From contig CP116499.1 of the NCBI GenBank assembly GCA_030849405.1, positions 30,001 through 62,000 on the forward strand: DNA of 32,000 nt. Reading direction: 5' to 3'. Of this stretch, positions 9,797-19,325 are shown piece after piece (position 1 is the first letter of the stretch; the number at the start of each line of letters is the position of its first letter). The position numbers were made by a program, and so were the translations under genes. A model generated the notes under the pieces. The model was not told the origin of the DNA. It made no database searches and saw nothing but the letters and a program-made list of their open reading frames with translations. This DNA is from Candidatus Saccharimonadota bacterium (lineage in GTDB: Bacteria > Pseudomonadota > Gammaproteobacteria > Enterobacterales > Enterobacteriaceae_A).

Positions 9797-11206
9797 TTAG
9801 TTATTTTTAAAATTATATATTATATTAATTATTTTATTAATACGATATAAAAAATTTTTTTTTTTAATTATATATATAATATCATATATATTAGGAGTTT
9901 TTATATTACCAGTTATAATAATACGTAATGGCATACATATTTCATATGTATTTAATTTAAATTGTTTTTTAATTTTATTAATTATTAAATTAATATTATT
10001 ATTATTCCAAAATTTATTTGTTTTAAATTTATTATAAATAACTATTAATATTTTATTAATATGTTTAAATTTCAAAATTTTTTTAAATATAGAATAATTT
10101 AATAAAATATTTTTTTTATATATATATTTAAATAATTTGATCATATCAATTAAATTTTTACAACGTTTATTAAATAATTTAATAACATTTTCTATTTTTG
10201 GTTTTTTATTTATATTTAAATTAATATTATTTATATATGGTAATATTTTTTTTTTAATTTTAATAATAGGCATTTTTTTAATATAATTTTGATTTAACCA
10301 ATTTAATTTTTTAATATCAAAAATACTATCTGATTTAATAAAATTTTTAAAATTAAAATATTTTTTCATTTCATTAATTGTAAATATTTCTTTATTTTTA
10401 TATGACCATCCTAATTTTAATATATAATTAATAATCGCTTCAGGTATATAACCTTTTTTTTTATACTCATTTATATTATTAATACTATATCTTTTAGAAA
10501 GTTTTTTTTTATTTTTATCTAAAATTATTGATACATGTGCATATTTTGGGATTTTTTTATTTAAAACTTTAAATATATTTATTTGTCTTGGAGTATTATT
10601 TATATGTTCTACACCTCTAATAATATGAGTTATATTCATATTTATATCATCAATAACAGAACTGAAATTATAAGTAGGAATTCCATTTTCTCTACAAATT
10701 ATTAAATCATCTAATTCTTTATTATTTATTTTAATTAAACCTCTTATTTTATCTTTAAAAATTACAAAACCTTTATTAGGATTTCGGAAACGTATTACAT
10801 ATTGTTTTTTTTTTTTTTTAATAAAATTAATACAAAATTTATCATAACGTGGTTTTATTTTATTTTTAATTTGATAATTTCTTAATAAATTTAAACGATT
10901 TTTTGAACAATAACATTTATATGCATTTCCATTATTTAACATTTTTTTAATAATTAACATATATTTATAAATATTATTTGTTTGAAAAAATGGTCCTTTA
11001 TCCCAATTAATATTTAACCATTTTAATCCATTAATTATAGAATTAATTGATTTAATATTTGAACGATAAATATCAGTATCTTCCATTCTTAATATAAATA
11101 AACCTTTATTACGACGACTAAATAACCATGAATATAATGCAGTTCTTACTCCACCAATATGTAGAAATCCAGTTGGACTTGGTGCAAATCTAGTTATTAT
11201 TTTCAT
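9797..11206 (-). CDS. gltX: glutamyl-tRNA synthetase
   Basis: 469 aa, with RFAPSPTGFLHIGGVRTAL (HIGH), YKCYCSK (Zn-site region) and KLSKR (KMSKS). Confidence 0.95.
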   Translation of the reverse strand: MKIITRFAPSPTGFLHIGGVRTALYSWLFSRRNKGLFILRMEDTDIYRSNIKSINSIINGLKWLNINWDKGPFFQTNNIYKYMLIIKKMLNNGNAYKCYCSKNRLNLLRNYQIKNKIKPRYDKFCINFIKKKKKQYVIRFRNPNKGFVIFKDKIRGLIKINNKELDDLIICRENGIPTYNFSSVIDDINMNITHIIRGVEHINNTPRQINIFKVLNKKIPKYAHVSIILDKNKKKLSKRYSINNINEYKKKGYIPEAIINYILKLGWSYKNKEIFTINEMKKYFNFKNFIKSDSIFDIKKLNWLNQNYIKKMPIIKIKKKILPYINNINLNINKKPKIENVIKLFNKRCKNLIDMIKLFKYIYKKNILLNYSIFKKILKFKHINKILIVIYNKFKTNKFWNNNNINLIINKIKKQFKLNTYEICMPLRIIITGNIKTPNIYDIIYIIKKKNFLYRINKIINIIYNFKNN

Positions 11207-11321
11207 AAATTATCTTATTTATAATAAAAAATGTTTTAAAAATTATTTAATTAATAAATATTTTAAAATTAAATATAGTAAAATTTAATGTTTAAATTTA
11301 ATTATTTAAATTTTAAAATTT

Positions 11322-12215
11322 TTAAATAATATTATAATTTATTAGTTTACCATTTTTAATACCAACACATACATTATGATAACCTTTATATATTAATTTA
11401 ATTGCATAAGTACCCATACTATAACCTAAAATTCTATCATATACTACAGGTTTACCTCCTCTTTGAATATGACCTAAAACAACTGTTTTAATTTCTTTTT
11501 TAATTTTCTTTTTAATATATTTTGAAAGTTTTAAAATATTATAAATATTTTCAGTAATAATTATAATTGCATTTTTTAATCCATTTAATATTTTAAATTT
11601 AATTTCATTAATTAAATTATCAATATTAAATTTAATCTCTGGAATTATAAAAAATTCACATTTTGCTGCAATAGCAGCAGCTATAGTTAATTTACCACAA
11701 TTTCTACCCATTACTTCAACTATAAAAATACATTCATGTGAATAAGCTGTATCACGTATGTTGTCTATTGAATTTACTATAGTATTTAAAGCAGTAAAAT
11801 ATCCTACAGTATAATCTGTATATAAAATATCATTATCAATTGTTCCAGGTAAATTTATACAAGAAATACCTTTTTTTATTAAATATTTGGAACCAATATA
11901 TGTTCCATTACCTCCTATAATAATTAATGAATTAATATTATTATTTTTTAAATTATTAATAGCTTTATGTCTAATAATTTTATATTTAAAATTTTTAAAT
12001 CTAGAAGACCCTAAAAATGTACCACCATTATTGTTTAAATTTAATAATTTATAATTTTTAATTATTTTAATATTATTTTCATATAAACCTTTATAACCAT
12101 ATAAAATACTAAAAATATTAAATTTATATATAAATGCAGCATTTAATACACCATTAATAATGTAATTCATACCTGGTGAATCACCACCACTAGTTAATAT
12201 ACCAATATTTTTCAT
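11322..12215 (-). CDS. pfkA: ATP-dependent 6-phosphofructokinase
   Basis: 297 aa, with IGILTSGGDSPGMN, IIGGNGTY, PGTIDND and LGHIQRGG blocks colinear with E. coli PfkA (320 aa). Confidence 0.93.
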   Translation of the reverse strand: MKNIGILTSGGDSPGMNYIINGVLNAAFIYKFNIFSILYGYKGLYENNIKIIKNYKLLNLNNNGGTFLGSSRFKNFKYKIIRHKAINNLKNNNINSLIIIGGNGTYIGSKYLIKKGISCINLPGTIDNDILYTDYTVGYFTALNTIVNSIDNIRDTAYSHECIFIVEVMGRNCGKLTIAAAIAAKCEFFIIPEIKFNIDNLINEIKFKILNGLKNAIIIITENIYNILKLSKYIKKKIKKEIKTVVLGHIQRGGKPVVYDRILGYSMGTYAIKLIYKGYHNVCVGIKNGKLINYNII

Positions 12216-12351
12216 TTGTATTCTTTTAAAATTATAAAATTATTAAATTTATATAATAAATTTTTTAATTTATTTTTTTATTAATAAAATATATTTAAAA
12301 ATATTTGTTTTTAAAAATTAAATTAAATAAAATTAATAATTTTTGAAATAA

Positions 12352-13423
12352 ATGATTATAAATAATTTATTAAACATTCAAGTACAAAAAATTATTAAAA
12401 AATTAATTTATATTAAAAAAAAAAAAAAATATAATATTAAAAAAAAAAAAATTAAAATAATTAATATTAAATTTAAAAATATATTTTTTTTAAATAAAAA
12501 TAAATTTTTAATTAAATTAACAAAAAAATATTATTTAATTAAAAAATTTTTAAATAAAATTAAATTTTTAAAAAAAAATATATATGATAATATTGAATTA
12601 TTATATATATATAATAATACAAAAGATATTGAAGTTATAAATTATATTAAAAAAAATATTATTAAAATAAATAATATAATTAAAAATTTAGAAAATACAT
12701 GTATATTTATAGGAAAAAATGATAAATTAAATTGTTATTTAAATATTAAATCAGGTACTGGAGGTATAGAATCACAAGATTGGTGTAATATTTTATTAAA
12801 AATGTATTTAAAATGGGCTGAAAAAAAAAAATTTAAAATTAAATTTATAAAAGAATCAATAGGTAATATTAATGGTATTAAATCAGTAACTATTAAAATT
12901 ATTGGAAATTATGCTTATGGTTGGTTGCGTACTGAAATAGGTATACATAGATTAGTTAGAAAAAATTTATTTAATAAAAAAAGACATACATCTTTTAGTT
13001 CAGTTTTTGTATATCCTATAATTAAAAAAAATATTAATATAAATATTAAAAAAAAAGATTTGCGTATAGATTGTTATAAATCTTCAGGTTCAGGTGGACA
13101 ACATATTAATAAAACTGAATCAGCTGTTAGAATTACTCATTTACCAACTAATTTTATAACACAATGTCAAAAAACACGATCACAATATAAAAATAAAATT
13201 AATGCTATTAAAAAATTAAATATAAAATTATTAAATTATAAAACAAAAAAAACAGAAGAAAAAAAAAAAAATATTTCTTGGGGAAATCAAATTAGATCAT
13301 ATGTTTTAGATGATTCTTTTATTAAAGATATAAGAACAAATTTAAAAATTAATAATATAAAATATGTATTAAATGGAAATTTAGATTTTATAATTAAAAA
13401 AAATTTAAAAGCTGAGTTACAAA

Positions 13424-13434
<11 letters not shown>
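12352..13434 (+). CDS. prfB: peptide chain release factor 2, a single uninterrupted ORF with no +1 frameshift site
   Basis: 360 aa and residue-for-residue colinear with E. coli RF2: Cys128 in CYLNIKSGTGGIESQDW, YAYGWLRTEIGIHRLVRK, RHTSFSSVFVYP, and GGQ in SGSGGQHINKTESAVRITH. The NLF variant at the SPF position is described in findings. Stop is TAA, overlapping the lysS start. Confidence 0.93.
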
Positions 13435-14896
<1,462 letters not shown>

Positions 14897-14987
14897 TAAT
14901 TATTTATATTATATTATTTTAAATAATATATATATTTATATTATAAATTTTATTGAAAATAATATATTTTAAATTAAATTTATAATT

Positions 14988-15060
14988 AGCGGAATGGAGC
15001 AGTTGGCAGCTCGTCGGGCTCATAACCCGAAGGTCGTTGGTTCAATTCCAACTTCCGCAA
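14988..15060 (+). tRNA. initiator tRNA-fMet (anticodon CAT); no encoded 3' CCA
   Basis: The fold is AGCGGAA/TG/GAGC-AGTTGGCA-GCTC/G/TCGGG-CTCATAA-CCCGA/AGGTC/GTTGG-TTCAATT-CCAAC/TTCCGCA/A. It is near-identical to E. coli tRNA-fMet in the D and anticodon arms. Initiator hallmarks are present: three consecutive G:C pairs closing the anticodon stem, A11:U24, and an unpaired 1:72 position (A.A here). It is followed by TTAAAT, not CCA. Confidence 0.9.
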
Positions 15061-15114
15061 TTAAATTAAATATATTTTATTTATATAATTAAAATATAAT
15101 AAAGAGAAATTATT

Positions 15115-17502
15115 ATGTATAATAATTATAATAATATTAAAATCTTAAATGGTTTAGAAGTAGTTAAAAAATGTCCAGGAATGTATATAGGTAGTATTGA
15201 TAATGGTTGCGGTTTACATCATATGGTTTTTGAAATTATTGATAATTCTATAGATGAATTTATTATTAATAAAGGTAATAAAATTATAATTACTATACAT
15301 AATGATAATTCAATATCTATTCAAGATAATGGTGAAGGTATCCCAATTAATATTCATTCAATAAAAAAAAAACCAATTGCTGAAATATTAATGACTATTT
15401 TACACACTGGTAATAAATTTAATAATAATTATAATATAAAAACTGGAGGATTACATGGTGTTGGTATTTCAGTTGTTAATGCTTTATCTAAAAAATTAAA
15501 ATTAATAATTTATAAAAATAATATAATTTATAAACAATTTTATATAAATGGAGTATCTTCAAATAAATTTAAAATAATTAAAAAAACAAAAAAAAAAGGG
15601 ACAGTTATTCGTTTTTGGCCTAATTTAATTATTTTTAATTATTTAATTTCTTTTAATTATTATATTTTATTAAAATATTTACATAAATTAACATTTTTAA
15701 ATCCTAAAATTAAGATATTTATAAGAAATTTATATAATAATAAAAAAGATTTTTTAAAACATTATGGGGGTATAAATTCTTATATTAAATTTTTAAATAA
15801 AAAAAAAAAAATTATTAATAAAAAAATATTTAAAATTTCAGTAATTATTGAAAATATTAATGTTGATATTGTAATTCAATGGAATAATAAAATATATGAA
15901 AAAATATATTGTTTTACTAATAATATTCAACAAATAGATGGAGGTAGTCATCTTAATGGTTTTAAAAAAGGAATTATTGAATATTTTAATAATTATATAT
16001 TTAAAAAAAAAAAAATAAAAAATGATGATATTAAAATGGGATTATTTGGAATTATTTCAATAAAATTATGTAATCCTATTTTTACATCGCAAACTAAAAA
16101 CAAATTAATTTCACAAAAAATAGAAAAAATAATTAAATTAATTACGATTAAAAAATTTAATACATATTTAAATAAAAATAAAAAAGATAAAAAATTAATT
16201 ATTAAAAAAATTATAAATTCTTATAAATATAGAAAAAATATAATACAATTAAATAAAACATCTATTAAAACAAAATATAATAAAATTAATTTAATAAATA
16301 AATTAGCTAATTGTCAAGAAATTAATCCAATTTTTAAAGAATTATATTTAGTAGAAGGAGATTCAGCTGGAGGTTCCGCAAAACAAGGAAGAGATAGAAA
16401 AATACAAGCTATTTTACCTTTAAAAGGAAAAATTTTAAATGTTGAAAAAGCTAATTTTAATAAAATAATAAATTCTAAAGAAATATTATTTTTAATGTCA
16501 GCAATTGGAATTAATATTTATAAAAATAAATATAATATTGATAAAATTAAATATAATAAAATTATAATTATGACAGATGCCGATGTTGATGGTTCACATA
16601 TTCGTACATTATTATTAACTTTTTTTTATAGGAAAATACCTAAAATTATAGAAAAAGGATATATATATATAGCTCAACCACCTTTATATAAAATACAAAA
16701 TAAAAAAAAAAAATATTATATAAAAGATAATAAAAACATGAATAAATATAAAATTAATATTGCAATTAAAAACACTAAATTAATAAATAAAAAAAAAAAA
16801 ATATATTTTAAAAAAAAAATGTTTAAAAAAATAATATATGAATATTTTATAATTAAAAAAGAAATTAATAATAATAAAAAATATCCATATGATTTAATAA
16901 TAAATTTAATTTATTATCCTTTATTTATTAAATTTAACAATTTTAACAATTATAAAATAATTAAAAAATGGTTATTTTTTTTAATAAATAAATTAAATAA
17001 AAAATATAAAAAAAATTTTATTTATTATACAGTTAAAATAATTAAAAATATTAATATTAATATATTTGAATTGTTATTTTGTAAACATATTTATGGTAAT
17101 AATGTTTATTATAAAATAAATTGTTTTTTTTTTAATAATAATAAATATAAAAAAATACTTTATTTAAATAAAAAATTATATTTATTATTTAATAAAAATA
17201 CATTTATAATTAAAAATAAAAAAAAAAAAAAAACATATTCTTTTGATAATACTTTAAATTGGTTATTTAAAAATATTGATAATAAAATTAATATTAAAAG
17301 ATATAAAGGTTTAGGAGAAATGAATCCAGAACAATTATGGGAAAGTACTATGAATCCTAAAAATAGAAATATATTAAATGTATATATAAAAAATGTAAAA
17401 TATGCAAATAAATTATTTGATATTTTAATGGGAAATAATGTAAAATTAAGACGAAATTTTATTAAAAATAATTCATTAAATATTATTAATATAAATATTT
17501 AA
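15115..17502 (+). CDS. gyrB: DNA gyrase subunit B
   Basis: 795 aa, with LEVVKKCPGMYIG, GGLHGVG, the TOPRIM motif ELYLVEGDSAGGSAKQGRDR, IIIMTDADVDGSHI and the C-terminal YKGLGEMNPEQLWESTMNP. It includes the long insertion typical of proteobacterial GyrB. Confidence 0.97.
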   Translation: MYNNYNNIKILNGLEVVKKCPGMYIGSIDNGCGLHHMVFEIIDNSIDEFIINKGNKIIITIHNDNSISIQDNGEGIPINIHSIKKKPIAEILMTILHTGNKFNNNYNIKTGGLHGVGISVVNALSKKLKLIIYKNNIIYKQFYINGVSSNKFKIIKKTKKKGTVIRFWPNLIIFNYLISFNYYILLKYLHKLTFLNPKIKIFIRNLYNNKKDFLKHYGGINSYIKFLNKKKKIINKKIFKISVIIENINVDIVIQWNNKIYEKIYCFTNNIQQIDGGSHLNGFKKGIIEYFNNYIFKKKKIKNDDIKMGLFGIISIKLCNPIFTSQTKNKLISQKIEKIIKLITIKKFNTYLNKNKKDKKLIIKKIINSYKYRKNIIQLNKTSIKTKYNKINLINKLANCQEINPIFKELYLVEGDSAGGSAKQGRDRKIQAILPLKGKILNVEKANFNKIINSKEILFLMSAIGINIYKNKYNIDKIKYNKIIIMTDADVDGSHIRTLLLTFFYRKIPKIIEKGYIYIAQPPLYKIQNKKKKYYIKDNKNMNKYKINIAIKNTKLINKKKKIYFKKKMFKKIIYEYFIIKKEINNNKKYPYDLIINLIYYPLFIKFNNFNNYKIIKKWLFFLINKLNKKYKKNFIYYTVKIIKNININIFELLFCKHIYGNNVYYKINCFFFNNNKYKKILYLNKKLYLLFNKNTFIIKNKKKKKTYSFDNTLNWLFKNIDNKINIKRYKGLGEMNPEQLWESTMNPKNRNILNVYIKNVKYANKLFDILMGNNVKLRRNFIKNNSLNIININI

Positions 17503-17509
17503 TATATAA

Positions 17510-17836
17510 ATTAAAAGTTAATTTATAAGCCGGGTTCTGTCATAAGTAGTAATTTATCTAGACTAATAATTAATTATTAGTTCAAGCAGTTAACCCAGAT
17601 TTAGTATGAGCAATACAATCTTTATTTAACTTTGCACTAGGTGGAGTTTGCAATATTACAAATTTATAATGTAATATGTTAAAAACAATTTCACCCAATC
17701 TATAAAATTTATAGATGGTTTATTTTCTGTTGCACTATTCGTAATTTAATCTCAGGTGTTACCTGACACCCTGCTCTTTAGTGCCCGGACTTTCCTCCTT
17801 TATTTAAATTAAAGGCTACTACTTAATTAACTTATA
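17510..17836 (-). ncRNA. rnpB: RNase P RNA (M1 RNA, bacterial type A), about 325 nt; ends approximate
   Basis: The minus strand carries the universally conserved P4 strands GGAGGAAAGTCCGGGC (5') and ACAGAACCCGGCTTA (3'). It also has AGGGTGTCAGGTAACACCTGAG, TAGTGCAACAGAAA and CAAACTCCACCTAGTGCAAAG in the E. coli M1 order. P1 is formed by AAGTTAATT (plus-strand 17825-17833) with AATTAACTT (17515-17523), and P2 by AAGTAGTA with TACTACTT. This is the G+C-richest segment of the window and is not in the ORF track. Confidence 0.9.
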
Positions 17837-17850
17837 AATTATTAATATAA

Positions 17851-17967
17851 AATAATATTTATTTAAATATTTTTAAAAATATATTTGATATATTATATAA
17901 TATTAAGCAATAATATTTATTAAAATATTTTTTAAAAATATATTTAAAATATTATATAATATTAAAT
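17851..17967. repeat. tandem direct duplication, two units of about 58/59 bp (roughly 90% identical by eye) in the rnpB-mdfA divergent intergenic region
   Basis: Unit 1 (17851-17908) is AATAATATTTATTTAAATATTTTTAAAAATATATTTGATATATTATATAATATTAAGC. Unit 2 (17909-17967) is AATAATATTTATTAAAATATTTTTTAAAAATATATTTAAAATATTATATAATATTAAAT. They differ by a few substitutions and one 1-nt indel. A degenerate partial third copy may follow. Confidence 0.75.
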
Positions 17968-18015
17968 AATATTTTAAAAATATTTAATTAATATTTAAAA
18001 ATTAGGATAATAATA

Positions 18016-19236
18016 ATGACTTTAACTAAAATAAATCGTATAATGTTTCCTGTTAGCTTAGTTTTATTTGAGTTAATAGTTTATGTTACTAATGATATGA
18101 TGCAACCTGCTATGTTAGAAGTTGTAAAATATTTCCATGTTAGTACAGAATGGATACCTACGTCTTTAACAGCATATTTATCAGGTGGTATGTGTTTACA
18201 ATGGTTTTTTGGACCATTATCTGATAAGTATGGTAGAAGACCTATCATGTTTTTTGGCGTTTGTTTTTTTATTTTTAGTTGTTTATTAATTACTTTAACT
18301 ATTAATATAAAACAATTTATGTTTGTACGTTTTCTACAAGGAATGGGTTTATGTTTTATTGGAACTGTTGGATATACTACTATACAAGAAACATATGAAG
18401 AAAAGCGTTGTATTAAATTAATAGCATTAATGGCAAATATAGCATTAGCAGCACCATTATTAGGTCCATTAGGGGGTACTATAATAATTAAAAAATTCCC
18501 ATGGCAAAAGATGTTTATTGGTTTTTCATTAGTAGCATGTTTATCATTATTAGGATTATATTGTTTTATGCCAGAACCTACAAAAAAAAGAGAAAAAAAT
18601 ATTTCTTTTATTAATTTATTTAAAAATTATAAGTTTATACTACAAGATTTAAAATTTTTATGTGGTGCTTTTTCGATTGGTTTTGCTAATGTACCATTAA
18701 TTTCATGGATAGCTCTTTCTCCAATAATTTTAGTAAGTAAATGTAAATTAACTATGATTGCATATGCTATTTTACAAATGCCAGTATTCATAGGATTAAT
18801 ATTAGGGAATGTTTCATTAGGATTTTTAAGTAAAAATAATGATTTGCAAAATTTAATAACTTTCGCTGGTAAACCATTAGTTATTGGTTTAATACTTACT
18901 GTATTTTCTATATTTATTAAATTTTATTCATCTTTATGGATTACAGTAAGTTTAGGTATATATGCATTTGGTTTAGGTATTGCAAATCCTTGTTTAACTA
19001 GAGTAACATTATTTTCAAGTAAATTTAGAAAAGGTAGTGTTTCAGCAGTAATGGGTATGATTACTATTATGATATTAATTACTAATATTCAACTTGCTAA
19101 AACTGTATTTTTATGGAAAAATGTAATAGCATTTAATATTTTAAATATGTTTAATGGATTTATATGGTTATTTTTTATTATTTCATTTTTTATACAAGAT
19201 AAAAAAGTAATAAAATTATTAAAATATAAAATATAA
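18016..19236 (+). CDS. mdfA: MFS transporter of the MdfA/Cmr family (multidrug efflux and cation/H+ antiport in E. coli)
   Basis: 406 aa and colinear with E. coli MdfA (410 aa) along its whole length. Matching blocks are FPVSLVLFELIVYVTNDMMQPAML, WIPTSLTAYLSGGMCLQWFFGPLSDKYGRRP, RFLQGMGLCFIGTVGYTTIQE, CIKLIALMANIALAAPLLGPL and GSVSAVMGM. The membrane-embedded acidic residues corresponding to MdfA Glu26 and Asp34, and Arg112, are conserved. AGGAT lies 9 nt upstream of the ATG. Confidence 0.88.
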   Translation: MTLTKINRIMFPVSLVLFELIVYVTNDMMQPAMLEVVKYFHVSTEWIPTSLTAYLSGGMCLQWFFGPLSDKYGRRPIMFFGVCFFIFSCLLITLTINIKQFMFVRFLQGMGLCFIGTVGYTTIQETYEEKRCIKLIALMANIALAAPLLGPLGGTIIIKKFPWQKMFIGFSLVACLSLLGLYCFMPEPTKKREKNISFINLFKNYKFILQDLKFLCGAFSIGFANVPLISWIALSPIILVSKCKLTMIAYAILQMPVFIGLILGNVSLGFLSKNNDLQNLITFAGKPLVIGLILTVFSIFIKFYSSLWITVSLGIYAFGLGIANPCLTRVTLFSSKFRKGSVSAVMGMITIMILITNIQLAKTVFLWKNVIAFNILNMFNGFIWLFFIISFFIQDKKVIKLLKYKI

Positions 19237-19325
19237 TAATTGTATTAGACTATTAAATTTTGTTATATACATATAAATTTGTATATAATAAAATTTAGTA
19301 GTTATTAAATATATTTAAATAAATA

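Noticed and set aside
18016-19236. The mdfA homologue as a possible horizontally acquired island, because it looks slightly more G+C-rich and less Lys-rich than its neighbours and has larger flanking spacers.
   Set aside because: The compositional difference is what one expects for a polytopic membrane protein, which needs Gly, Ala, Leu, Val and Phe. The protein is colinear with enterobacterial MdfA, and no mobility genes or repeats bracket it. Vertical retention is the simpler explanation.
19263-19288. A hairpin TTATATACA-(TATAAATT)-TGTATATAA between convergent mdfA and holA, as a candidate terminator.
   Set aside because: It has a 9-bp stem with a single G:C pair and no adjacent T-run on either strand. 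It is not distinguishable from chance, so it is recorded only as a weak candidate.
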